Origin: Azolla caroliniana
Lineage: Eukaryota > Plantae > Polypodiophyta
Assembly: GCA_043228905.1 (NCBI GenBank)
Contig: JBHGNT010000016.1
Coordinates: 11,160,001-11,224,000 of the forward strand
DNA length: 64,000 nucleotides
Direction: 5' to 3'
A model generated the notes under the pieces. The model was given only the letters and a program-made list of their open reading frames with translations, had not been told where the DNA came from and did no database searches. Positions 1 to 11,740 of the stretch are shown here, one piece after another (the stretch's first letter is position 1; each line of letters starts with the position of its first letter). The position numbers were made by a program, and so were the translations under genes.

Positions 1-1526
1 TTTCTTTAGTAGTCCATATAACGGTTCGGCGACATGAGCGTAGTGAGGAATCCATATATATGATAAAACGGGCACGCTCCAAGGAACCTTCAAACCTCCG
101 TTTGGTTTTCGCATTCTTCTTTCATGTCTTGGATTGCGTTCACTTTGGATGGCGAGGGATTCCGGCCGTATGCTCCACACAAGTGACCTACCACCAAGAT
201 CTCCGGTTGCCTGAATGCGGATTTTTCCCTCGAAAATGTCAAATTCGCATCTTCGGGCCTTTGAAGCACCTTCTCGCAATCTTTCATATGATCCGCAATG
301 AACTTTCTACAACCCTCCTTATCTTTCAATTCATCTTTCTCCTCATCCAAACATCCTTTTATCGGAATATCATCCAAGAATGGCATTGTGATGTCCGGGA
401 TGCAATCCTTCAAGACTTTATTCATGGCATTCACCATATGAGCCACCGAGTTCGTTGCGCCTTGGAGTAAGGTACACATCCGCACAAGCCCGATCGGATT
501 CTTCATGGTTGTAATGTCCCGAATGTCGATCGCCAACTGGAATTGGTCATATCCGGAGTAGAGATTGCCAATGGAGTAGATGGACCGGCCCGCAAACGCT
601 TCGGCAAATTCGTCCACGCTCGGACCGATTCCAGCATTTCGAATTGTCACCTTGTTGACGGGTTGAAGATCTTGGATGAATCGCAATGATCCATTCTTCT
701 TCGGCACCGTGAACCACCTATTGGAATAAGGAGCATTCGACGGTTCTAGAATTCCCATACTCACATTCTCCTTTAAGAGCTCGATCAGGTTTGGAAGGTG
801 TGCTCTCGGAACCGGTATCGGTTTCAAATTCCAAGGCACATGAGGCATCGTGAAGATCACCATCGGCTCTATAACCTTTGGGTCGGTACATCCGATTTCT
901 TGTGGGAAGAATGCGAAAGCCTTCCCATGTCTCTCAAGCATATCGCGAAACATTCGCTCCTCTTCAGGGAGAAGGAAATCCTCCTTTCCAACTCGTAGCT
1001 TCCCCTTCGTCTCTTTGGTGAAGACATGACCTATCTTCTTCGGATCTCTTAAGCTTGGATCGTTAGCGACTTCCTTCATCTTTTGCCAGCTATCTTCCGG
1101 TTGCGGAACCGCAACTGGCTTGATCTTCTTATCCACCGTTTCCTTCATTGAGATGCCACGACGGTATTCATCGATGATAGCGTACATGTTGATGTCAGCT
1201 TCCTTCACTGAGATGTCAGCTTCCTTCATTGAGATGCCACGACGGTATTCATCGATGATAGCGTACATGTTGACCGAGTTAACCGAAATCACGCGTTGGT
1301 TGTGAAGATAGCTCAAGTCCACAACGTCCTCGATTTCGCCAATGGTGTCGTTAAATGAGGCTTCTTCCATAATATGAGTCACGAACTCTCCTTCTTCTAT
1401 TATGTTCTCTTCTTTCAGCATCTTTTCGAATTCTTGTATCCGGCGCTTGTGCTTCTTGTCGGGTAGTACTAGTTTACATGTGCCACTAGGTGTGACACAT
1501 GTTGCTTCTCCTTGCAATCCACGCAC
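1..1526 (-). pseudogene. Gypsy-1 reverse transcriptase region (disrupted)
   Basis: ORF 90..1526 has YSNRWFTVPKKNGSLRFIQDLQPVN, YSGYDQFQL, QGATNS and FLDDIPIKG, and ends at a premature stop/frameshift. Confidence 0.9.
1140..1273. repeat. 53-bp direct repeat at 81-bp offset with templated filler (in-frame insertion)
   Basis: 1140-1192 equals 1221-1273; the protein shows NMYAIIDEYRRGISMKE twice. Confidence 0.9.
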
Positions 1527-1693
1527 TCTTCTTTCTTGTGGGGTCTTGTGATTGCTCGGACTATTTGTGCCCCATGCTTCAATAGTCCGCTCTAAAAATC
1601 CGAGGATTCACCTTTGAGACTATCTCGATTCCTTTCATGATTGGCTCACACCGTTAGGAATTGGACCGATCTTTGTTTGTCAAGACTCTTTAT

Positions 1694-2374
1694 TCATGCG
1701 AAGGCTGCTCCATTATCGAACACTCTGGTCTCCATCCGAGATGATGTGATATAAGGTTGCCCTGGGATGACAGGATGCGATGCCGATTCTTGTACGAAGA
1801 AGTGTTGATCCATCTCCACATCCCCGATCGTGACTTTGACATTGGGACAAGCTCCGTACAAATCCTCCGTAGACTTTGTTGCCGCGCGAATCTTCCATTC
1901 GTGGTTTGTATTGATTGGCCATCTTCCTTTTTTGTAGAAGTCAGTTGACATGAGGTTGATCTCCGAGCTGTGGTCGATCAAGGCTACCACGGTCTCTTTC
2001 TTCTCCCCGATCTTCACCGGCGTCTCCGTTGTCGCTCGTGCCCAATGAGGTCGAGTGTAGTGGCTGTCCACCATATCTTCATCGATTTCGTCTCTTGCCA
2101 TCGTTATGGCATTCGTTTTTGCTTTTTGCGGCTTCTCTTCTTCCTCGTCCGATTGTTGTCTCTTTCTCTTTACAAGGTCCACGATCATGTCATGGAACTC
2201 CTTCGTAATGCCAAGCAATTCCCTCAAGGACAAAGTTACGTGGCTATCAAGAACTCGTTCTTCGAGAATCTTCTTTAGGTCCGTTGTCTGCTCTATGTCC
2301 GACCTTAGCTTATAGGTAGGTATAGTCCTAGTCCTCCGAGCGGGGTCTTCGACACCAACCTTCACGGGCCGCAC
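1694..2374 (-). pseudogene. Gypsy-1 aspartic protease region
   Basis: ALIDHSSEINLMS (degenerate D-x-G-S active site) and downstream HPVIPGQPY. Confidence 0.8.
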
Positions 2375-2399
2375 CGTTTCTTCAACTCGTATGCTCGGC

Positions 2400-4114
2400 T
2401 CCCCTTTTCGGCTTGATTCTCATTCCTCCGATTGTAAAGGTCAACTCGTCTCCGCATCGTCCTTCTTTTTCGTGTTCCTTGTTTCATGTCTCTTAGATGG
2501 GCCTTGCTCTTATATTCTCTTTCTCTTTTCTTCGACGAACACCTTGTGGTTGTCGCACATCACCTCTGCGAGTATGGTGTTGTCGTCCACCAGATCCGAC
2601 CACCTGGTTATGCTTTGCACGCTTTGGTCCGCAAGCTCTACCTCGTTCGATGTGACTTTTCCCTTCTTCTCATATTCGAGAACGGAAGTCCAAAACTTTG
2701 CTCCCGCTCTAGCAGCTTCAGTCTTGTCTTTCCCGACTCTTATTCCGGCCGACACAGCATAGTGCATCGCATCCACATGAGTCGCATCGGCATCCTCCAT
2801 AGATTTCTTCATTCCTCCTATTCCGAAATTCACCCGTAGGGGTCTTCTAGTCTCGCTTGAGTAGATCATGTTGTCCTCTATGTATACGATATTTTGTCGA
2901 ATCGCCTCTCGAAGGCTCGCACAATCCCTTCTCATGTGGTCCATGCTATCGCACCACACGCATCTAAAGGGTTCTTTTCCTTTAGGCCCCCGACGATTCA
3001 TGTTGGTTAGCGTGACCTTCTCGAACTTCTTCGCTAGCTCTTCAATGATGTCGTCATCAATCTTCTTTTCTTCCACGTTACTTTGTCTTGGCGGCTCAGC
3101 TACTTTCGGCGGTCTTGCTTTCTCCGTGGCAGTCGATCCCATCAAGTCGGTGTCATCAACCCATCACCCGTAGGGGTCTTCTAGTCTCGCTTGAGTAGAT
3201 CATGTTGTCCTCTATGTATACGATATTTTGTCGAATCGCCTCTCGAAGGCTCGCACAATCCCTTCTCATGTGGTCCATGCTATCGCACCACACGCATCTA
3301 AAGGGTTCTTTTCCTTTAGGCCCCCGACGATTCATGTTGGTTAGCGTGACCTTCTCGAACTTCTTCGCTAGCTCTTCAATGATGTCGTCATCAATCTTCT
3401 TTTCTTCCACGTTACTTTGTCTTGGCGGCTCAGCTACTTTCGGCGGTCTTGCTTTCTCCGTGGCAGTCGATCCCGTCAAGTCAGTGTCATCAACCCATTG
3501 GCGACGCTTGTCGAGCCTATTGCATGCCCGCTTCACCACGATCCAGTCCGCTACGAGCCCATTTGCTTGGGTATCATATTCGAGAAGAGTCCCCAACTCC
3601 CGTCTATCCTTTATGTCCACGGCCTTCAAGAAGTCTTGTCCTCTTCAAGCAACACTTGGTTCGTATTGGGGAGACGACTAAACATCTGGTTGAATTCGTC
3701 GTACACCCTCGAGACGCTCATCTTCTTATTCTTCTTCTCTATCCACTTCATCAGGGCATGTCGAGTCATCCTCGTTGAGTCTTCAGTCACGAACTCCGCT
3801 AGTATCGTTTTCTCGAACTCGGACCATGTTGTCTTACCTTCCTGAAGCTCGATGACGTGTCTTTGGATGTTGTTGGCGACAACTCTCTTGAAGCTTACGA
3901 TTTGACGTGTCTCGGACACGTCCCTCTAATTCATCTCCCTTCTATATGCATCAAGGAACTTCGTAACATTCCTTCCATCGAATTGGCCCTCGAGCTCTAC
4001 GACACGATCAACAGCCTTCTCCACGCTCGCGTCGTTGTCCCGAGATCTCATCATTTGCTCAACAATTAGCATCATCCTTTCGAGCTCTCCCGCTTGGTTG
4101 CTTGAGGATGTCAT
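2400..4114 (-). pseudogene. Gypsy-1 gag (broken by stops, frameshifts and a duplication)
   Basis: Fragments FDGRNVTKFLDAY and TTWSEFEKTIL, plus zinc knuckle CVWCDSMDHMRRDC. Confidence 0.85.
2831..3498. repeat. 334-bp tandem duplication in gag
   Basis: 2831-3164 vs 3165-3498 show two visible SNPs; the length shifts the frame. Confidence 0.95.
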
Positions 4115-4155
4115 CTCCAAGTATTAATCTTGACTTGATCCTTCCTACCGCCTCT

Positions 4156-4173
4156 TTCACGTCGGGTTCACCA
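4156..4173 (-). promoter_or_regulatory. Primer binding site, tRNA-Trp
   Basis: The + strand TTCACGTCGGGTTCACCA matches the 3' 18 nt of plant cytosolic tRNA-Trp as recalled; it lies 8 nt from the LTR. Confidence 0.85.
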
Positions 4174-4640
4174 CTTAATTATGTCGTGAAGATCCGTCAC
4201 TACGCGCGGATCGTGAGGCGGAACCGCCGGGGTTCTGGACCGGAAGGATTCAAAGTCGGTACAAGCTTTGGCGCAAGCTTTAGCGAGAAAGTACTTAAGA
4301 TAGATTGGGAAAGAGAGAAGTTGAGATTACACGATTGAGAGAGATTGATTGAACTTTTAACTTTAGATTTAAGAAACAAGTTACACGATCAATTTGATAA
4401 CGAATTTCTTCCTCTTAATTTTCATAAAAAAAACATGTTTTTTCTCCTCCCCCTTCCTTCTTTTATAGATGCTCTCATGCATATGATGCATGTGAGGGTA
4501 CAAGACATGCATAAATTGCATGTTTGCCATTTGGCGCTTATGTATAACATGTGGTGCATGATAACCATGTCACTCATTTTAGCTCTCATGTATGAGAATT
4601 TACATGTAAAAGTACAATGATAGAAATATAATTTCAACTA

Positions 4641-4708
4641 AATAGCATGGCTTAATGGTAAGCCAATTGACTCCTAACTTGGAGGTGCAAGGGTCGAATC
4701 CTTATTTT
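4641..4708 (+). other. tRNA-derived (A box/B box) cassette inside the LTR
   Basis: A box TGGCTTAATGG, D stem GGCTT/AAGCC, loop CTCCTAA, B box-like GGGTCGAATCC, T stem AAGG/CCTT, then TTTT. Acceptor and anticodon stems are degenerate. Confidence 0.65.
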
Positions 4709-4752
4709 CCTTCCTTGTATATGTATATATATTTATATATTTATTTATCTAG

Positions 4753-4940
4753 TCGCCGGACGCCGGTTCGTCGGATGCCGTCGATTACCGGTGCCGTCGC
4801 CGGATGCCGTCGTCTTACCGGCGCCGGATACCGGTGCCGCCGCTGAATGCCGTCGGTTACCGGTGCCTCGCCGGATGCTGTCATCTCACCGACGTCGGAT
4901 GTCGGATTGTCGTCGAATGCCGGCTCCATCACCGGTCCGG
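4753..4940. repeat. GC-rich imperfect repeat (GCCGGATGCCGTCG / TTACCGGTGCC) in the LTR
   Basis: Repeated motifs are directly visible. Confidence 0.75.
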
Positions 4941-5323
4941 TTTTGGTTGGCCAAAACCCTTTACGAGTAGCTAGCCCACCTCCACTCTTAGTTCAAGTTA
5001 CCTTGAACTCTCTATGCTCCACACATAGACACAAAGATAATATCTTTTGCTCTACCTTATATATGATGAGAGCCGTATTTGTCGTGCCTATGTGGGATAT
5101 CTCACAATTTTCTCTTTTCCTTTCACAAACTTTATACCCTCATATCTTGACTTTAGTTGTCTGTTTCTCGTGTAATAAAGTGCATTCGAAACCTCCATCA
5201 TTTTGTACTTAGATATTAAATTTATTTAAAATGTTATCTTCACAATTATTGTATTATGTGATTCATACTTGATTTCGTACGTTTTATGGGATTTTCACAC
5301 TATTGCCGAAAATCTTCACGACA

Positions 5324-8174
5324 CCGTGAAGGAATGCCTTCTTCACGTCCAGCTGCTCTACCTCAAGGTCCATGCTTGCCGCTATACTCAGCACCGTCCG
5401 GATGGAGGTCATCTTTACTACCGGGGCAAATATCTCGTCGATGTCCACGCCCTTCTTCTGCTGGAACCCCTTCACCACGATCCTGGCTTTGTATCTCGGC
5501 GGGTTGCCGGCATCTCCCAGTTTCAACTTGTACACCCACTTGTTTCGGAGTGCCTACTTTCCTTTATGCAACTCCACCAATTCGTACGTATGGTTCTCAT
5601 GCAGGGAATCCATCTCGTCCTGCATGGCACTTAACCATTTTCGGTTGTGGTTGTCATCCTTCGCTTCTTCGAAGCTTTCCGGCTCTCCCTCATCGGTCAG
5701 CAGCACATACTCTACATCCGGAAATCTCCGGGGGGGCCTTCTCTCTCTGAGAGGATATCTCCGTCTTTGGGCTTCGGTAGCCGGCTCCTCCATTTGCTCT
5801 TCATCCGAATCCGATTCGGGCTCTTGGCCGGTTCCGGTTTTGGCTTCCTCTACTTCTTCTTCTGCCGGTTCGGTATCCTCACTGTATCCGGCTGGTTCTT
5901 CGAGTGCTAACTGGCCTCTCGTCGGTTGGGTCTGCTCATCGTAGAGTCGATCCTTACCGGTCGACTCGGAGTTCATTATCTTCTTCTCCGACTCCCAGTC
6001 GACGAGTGTCTTGTCCTCCATGAAGATAATATCTCGACTCCGGAACACCTTCTTGTCGACCGGGTCCCACACTCGGTAGCCGAACTCATCGTCACCGTAA
6101 CCGAGGAATATGCATGACCGAGTCTTTGGATCTAGCTTTCCTCTCTGGTCCTTTGCTACATGCATGTATGCGAGACACCCGAACACCTTCAGATGCCGGT
6201 AGGACACTTCCTTACCGGTCCATACTCTCTGTGGCGTGTCTCCGTCCAAGGGTACTAAGAGTGATCTGTTTATCACGTATGTCGCCGTCGACAATGCCTC
6301 AGCCCAAAACTTCTTGGGTAGTTTTGCATGCGCTAGCATACTCCGGACCCTCTCCATTATGGTCCGGTTCATCCTCTCGGCCAGTCCTTTTAGTTCCGGC
6401 GTCTTCGGCACGGTAAATTCGAGCCGGATTCCCTTCGAGTGGTAGTACTCCTCGAATTGCCCCCGGTATTCTCCTCCGTTGTCTGCTCGTACCGCCTTCA
6501 GCTTCCGGCCGGTTTCTCTTTCCACTCTCGCGTGGAGCTCTTTGAAGACGGATAGCACCCGATCCTTCGCTTTCAACGGTATGGCCCACAACTTCCGGCT
6601 GTAGTCATCTATAAACGTCACAAAGTACTGCGCTCCGGCATGTGACTTCGTGTCTACTTGACGCACATCCGTATGCACCAACTCTAGTGGTGCATTACGT
6701 CTCATCGGTGGCCTTGGTCGGAAGGAGGTCCGGTTTTGTTTATCGGCCAGACAATCAGTGGACTTCTCCAAGTGCACGTTCTTCACTGGAATGAGGTTGT
6801 CGTCTGCAAGCCTCTTCATCCCCTTCTCGCTCATATGACACAGTCTCTTGTGCCACAGCTCACCGGCAGTGTCGAATGCCACGTTCACTTCTTCCGGACA
6901 TAATCGGGCATTCATCAGGTACAATGTGTTGACCTTCCGGGCCCAAGCCACAATCAGGCTCCCTTTGCTGAACTTCATGACACTATTCCGGATGCTACCC
7001 GTGTAGCCTTCATCATCTAGCCGACCGGCTGATATCAGGTTTAGACGAACCTCCGGAACGTGTCGGACATCCTTCAGCAGTAACTTGCATCTGGTTGGTG
7101 TTGATAGCCACACGTCTCCTATGCCGACAATTCGGCATGTACCTTCATTCCCCATCCGGACACAGCCGTGGTCACCGGCTGAGTAGGATGAGAAGCATTT
7201 CCGGTCCGGGGTAAGGTGAAACGATGCTCCGGAATCTACCACCCAGGTCATCTTGTCGCCGGCAAGATTTATCTCACTCTCCTCAATGATGAGCATCAAC
7301 TCTTCTTCACTTGTCGCGATTGCCGTCGTTCCCTTCCGGTTCGTCCCCTTCCGGTCCATCCCTTTCCGGTCTTTACCGTTCCGGTCCGGGGTCCGCTTCG
7401 AATCGGTACCGTCGGTTTCCTTGTCTTTACAGAAATGCCGACAGTTCTTTTGGAAGTGACTCGACTTGCCGCAATAGAAGCAAGTGGGCCTCCCCCTTGA
7501 CTTTGACCGTGTCCCCGACTTCTCCTGGTTCTGGGGACTACGGTTTCTATGTCTTCTGCATTCCGATTCGGTAATGAGCGCTTTGGAGTCGGAGCTCGTA
7601 TCTTTATCTTTCCGACAGCCTCCTCATCTAGCAAGCTCGACTTTACTCTTGCTAGGGATAACCGTTTTCCTTCCGTCCCGGCGTTGCCCAAAGTGACAAC
7701 CAACGTCTCCCAGCTATCCGGGAGGGAACCGAGCAAGACTAGCGCTAGTACCTCATCGGCGAGAGGTACTTCCAATGAAGTTGCCTGGTGGATTAGCCCC
7801 TGGAAGGCATTCATGTGCTCCACCATGCTGGAGCCATCTTGGTATCAGAGTCTTACTAGCTTCCGGAATACCGAAACCTGATTAACAACATTTTTGTTTT
7901 GGAACATTATGGCGATCTTCTCCCAGAGCTCATGAGCCTTGCTCTCTTCATTGAAGTTGTTGTATAGGCTCATGTCGATGAAGCACCGTATGTACACCGT
8001 TGTCTTCATGTGCATCACCTCCCATATTGTGGCGTCAATCTTGTCCGGTCTCTTGTCCCCGAACTGAACCGGTAGCCAAAGATCTTTAACCACGAGCATG
8101 TCCCTCATCTTCGACTTCCACACTGAATAGTTGGAGCCGGTGAGCTTGAACATGCCGCCAAACGATTCGTCCAT
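5324..8174 (-). pseudogene. Copia-A gag-pol (stops/frameshifts)
   Basis: MDESFGGMFK start, WVVDSGASFH, LWHKRLCHMS, ADNGGEY, AERMNRT, DVKKAFLHG. Confidence 0.92.
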
Positions 8175-8190
8175 TTTCTGTGTCGATTTC

Positions 8191-8202
8191 GCTCTGATAC
8201 CA
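8191..8202 (-). promoter_or_regulatory. PBS, tRNA-iMet
   Basis: TGGTATCAGAGC on the minus strand, 2 nt from the LTR. Confidence 0.95.
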
Positions 8203-8204
8203 CT

Positions 8205-8672
8205 TGACGGGAACTACAACACTCCTTATGCGCAACGCTCGGCCACAACCGAGGTTTGAATGATACACAGAAAACGGGAGATAAAACACGACAAGAAGAA
8301 GAGGAAGATACACAGGAGGTTTACGTGGAAAACTCCAAACTAGGGGAAAAACCACGGCAACCCACAGGCTGCAAACTGTCACTATGTAAGAATGTACAAT
8401 AGTGAGTTCACTGAGGCAACGACCTCGTGCTCACAGATCTTCGCTACAGGCGGCGGTTACAACAGAGGCAACAACCTCTTTCTCTCTCTCTCTCTCTCTG
8501 TACACAGTTCCGCGCTCTCTCTATATTCTTGCACCAACAAGAATGACAACCACAACTAAAAGTTTGCCCTAAGTCATATTTATACTAATATGACTTTTCA
8601 GCTATTTACAAATATAGCCTCGATGAGCACTGTTCTTCTCCCTTCCCATCCGGAGGGACCTGTCTCCCAACA
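8205..8672 (-). repeat. Copia-A 5' LTR, U3 repeat array missing
   Basis: Termini match the Copia-I LTR (TGTTGGGAGACAGG...CCCGTCA); 468 bp versus about 750 bp. Confidence 0.9.
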
Positions 8673-8782
8673 GATTGAGTCGTTACAGGGCAAGCGTAAT
8701 CACCGCGAGTCTCGCGGCTTACGATCATCCCACGGGACATGAAACGACCGTTCGTGCCAAAAAGTTTGAATTTCCCACGCGA

Positions 8783-9380
8783 AGTTCGTCGAAGATTCAT
8801 CCTTTGATGAAGATTCATCCTCCGGCGAACATTCAACCTTCTACGAACATTCATCCTTCGACGAAGATTCAACCTTCTACGAAGATTCAACCTCCGACGC
8901 ACATTCGTCCTCCAACGAACATTCATCATTCGGCGAACATTCATCCTTCTACGAACATTCATCCTTTGACGAAGATTCAACCTTCTACGAACATTCAACC
9001 TCCGACGCACATTCGTCCTCTGACGAACATTCATCATTCGGCGAAGGTTCATTCATCATTCGACGAAGGTTCATTCATCATTCGACGAAGGCTCATTCAT
9101 CATTCGACGAAGGCTCGTTCATCATTCGACGAAGGCTCGTTCATCATTCGACGAAGGCTCATCATTCGACGAAGGTTCATCATTCGTCGAAGTTTCATCA
9201 TTCGGCGAAGGTTCATCATTCGACGAAGGCTCATTCATCATTCGACGAAAGCTCATTCATCATTCGGCGAAGGTTCATCATTCGACGAAAGAGCAAAGTT
9301 TGACGAACCCACATCCTTCGGCGAAAGATCAAAGTTCTACGAACCCACGTCTCCCGACGAAGATCAAGGTTCGACGAACC
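8783..9380. repeat. Minisatellite of 18-22-bp units (TTCGACGAAGGTTCATCA-like)
   Basis: About 30 imperfect units, upstream of the Gypsy-2 gag. Confidence 0.9.
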
Positions 9381-9416
9381 TGCAAAAGCTTGACAAGAAA
9401 ACATGGCTGGATCCTC

Positions 9417-11740
9417 ATGGAGGAGTCTACCCAAACCAACCAAACACACGATGTTGACCCACCTAACCCGACTCAGTACCACAAAGGGTGGCTAACTCCG
9501 GGGAGGCTACCAAATATGAACCTCCCATCGAGCCTAGGAACTAAAGCACCTCTCACCACGCCCCCCCTACAAGAGAGCCCAATGGCAGACCCACTTAGCG
9601 TAGAGCGACACATACGAGATGCCGCATAGGAGTTACGGGTGATAGAACAGGAAATCAATATATGGGTGGTACAACTCGCGAAAGGAGGACAACCGGAAAG
9701 CATCACCCGGGATATCGAAGCTGCTTTGGCAAAAAGGAAAGACAAATTCGCACGAGTGCAACAGAAACTTCACCTCCTAGAAGCATCGTCGCATATGCAC
9801 CGTCGAGGCCGTGAGTGCAGCCCCGCGCCGCATTCAAGCACAACGGGCAACAATCCAAACAAAGCCCACACGCAACAACACCCAACACCACCACGTATGG
9901 ACACGACCCCTATACCCGACCAAATTGCCTCGCCATCCCCAAACATCGAACTCGCACTAGCGTTACAATCCATCCAAACCCTTGTGGCATTGATGGAAAA
10001 AGAGCGAGCACCTACGGATCATTCAAGAAACCCTACCAACGACAGCGGGAAGAGTGCTTCCATTTCTAAACTAGTACCCCATTTTCTCAGTTTCGGTGAC
10101 GCCTATGATCACGTCGAGAGGTTCAAACAGATATGTCGCGCTCATGAACCCCTCATAGAGACCACCAAAGTAGCCGCATTTGGGCTTACACTTGATGACC
10201 AAGCCGGAATTTGGTTTCGAACCTTGAATGAAGACATCGTTGCGGACTTCAGGTAAGTCATCGAAGATTTCTTGATGAACTTCACTCGTCGAGGGAATAA
10301 ATGGAACCCATTCGACCAACTTTTCGCCCTCAAGCAAGAAGCGAACGAGACGGTCAGGGACTACATACACCGCACAAAAAGTCTGCACCATCGTTGTAGC
10401 CTGAGCGACAAGATGTCAGATGACAAATTGATGAGCCGCTTCATCAATGGGTTGTTCGATCCGACGCTCCAAAACTTCCTGATTGCCAGGATGTGTCGAT
10501 CATTCGCTAAAGCTTGCACAGTAGTGATGACCTTCGAGGATTCAATGAGTGGGTTACGAATACCCACTCAAGCGCCTACGAACAACTGTGAGAAGTCCTC
10601 AGACCCCACTCTACCCATGCCACTGAGACCACCCCGTATAGAAAGACCCCAAGCATACGCCCAAAGAGAAAATGTAAGGTGTAGAGTATGCCATGGCCAT
10701 CACACGGGGCATGAGTGCCCCCTCCTCCACCAACGACAACCGCAATACTGTAAGTGGTGCAAAGCTTTCGTGATGCATTCTCAAGAGAACTGCTGGCAAG
10801 CCCCAAATGGAAGGTATAGCCAAACACCAATGGTAGAGCACCCATGCTCACCTCCATTGTTTAGCCGCCCACAACTACCAGCAATACTTCCCCAACAACC
10901 CCCACTACCGCGTATCGGCACTTGCCTCGCCGAACTAGAATATACCACCGATAACCAAACTCGGGTTGGGGGGGGCACCCCCGAATATGAAACATACCGG
11001 GGGTATGGTGTTGAAGAAGAGGTGCTTTCCCACTTTGTCGACATCGAAGGCAACCAAATACCAGTCTACATCTTGTGAGGAGAACAATAGGGGCCGTTGA
11101 CGGGATATCACAACAATAGTGGTCTAAGGAGGCCAGAATTGAAATGTTTCAATTGCCAAGGCCCACACATGGTTAGCGAGTGCCCAACCAAACATGAATA
11201 CTACAACCCGATGGCACAACGACCACGACACCCCTCACTCGAAACAACCCCACAACCACCGGTGCAAAGTCTCACTCAACAGTCACAGGACATTATTGGG
11301 TGGTTCCAAATAGAAGCATCATGCCCATGGTGTGGTAAAGATCACTTAGTACCCAATTGCCCAGAAAAAAAGAAAAGGATTGGCGCAAACCTATTATCTA
11401 TCGTACCATCAACGGTTGGCGCCAACGTCATCACACGAGCTCAAAGAATAGCTCATAACTTAAAGTGTCACGACCAAGGCCTCCCCACGACTACGCGTAA
11501 GAGACGAAAATAATAAAAAAATGCATCCACGCAGGCCTCAAAGCAAGAACAAGAACCAGAGGGAGACGTAGAAACAATACCCGTCAACCCTAACCAAGAG
11601 CTACCAGCACACCTAGCAACATACCCAAACCCAGTAGCTGAAAAACAAAAGGTCGAAGAGTACATCAAACTCATTTGAGACGAGCAGTGTGAAAGATCAC
11701 TTAGTCTTCCGAGCCTAAACTTCGACCAACTCGAAGAATG
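9417..11740 (+). pseudogene. Gypsy-2 gag relic (retrotransposon gag domain plus four CCHC knuckles)
   Basis: ORFs starting 9300, 9639, 10272 and 11097 share one frame and are separated by stops. Motifs: HVERFKQIC..FGLTLDDQAGIWF, LKQEANETVRDY, RFINGL, NVITRAQ. End approximate. Confidence 0.8.

Larger units (their letters stand above)
1..5323 (-). mobile_element. Gypsy-1: Ty3/gypsy LTR retrotransposon (5' LTR, PBS, gag-PR-RT; continues left of the window), inserted into the Copia-A RT
   Basis: Domain order gag-PR-RT on the minus strand. The LTR has a 12-bp terminal inverted repeat. Copia RT sequence (..AFLHG) stops exactly at 5324. Confidence 0.92.
4182..5323 (-). repeat. Gypsy-1 5' LTR (1142 bp)
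   Basis: TGTCGTGAAGAT...ATCTTCACGACA perfect 12-bp TIR, with the PBS adjacent. Confidence 0.92.
5324..8672 (-). mobile_element. Copia-A: Tnt1/Tork-like Ty1/copia, 5' part
   Basis: LTR, Met PBS and gag-PR-INT-RT; same subfamily as Copia-I. Confidence 0.92.

Noticed and set aside
4641-4708. Functional tRNA-Arg(CCT) gene
   Set aside because: The acceptor and anticodon stems do not pair and the T loop starts with G; kept only as a tRNA-derived cassette.
8725-8765. TCCCACGGG..CGTGCCA resembling the Gypsy-E inverted PBS
   Set aside because: The match is split by about 15 nt and no LTR boundary is adjacent; probably chance.
8783-9380. Possible CRISPR array (also considered for 12802-13110 and the U3 arrays)
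   Set aside because: No unique spacers, no cas genes, and a eukaryotic TE context.
8606-9457. Repetitive Arg-rich and Pro/His-rich ORFs
   Set aside because: They are translations of the minisatellite with no domain signal.
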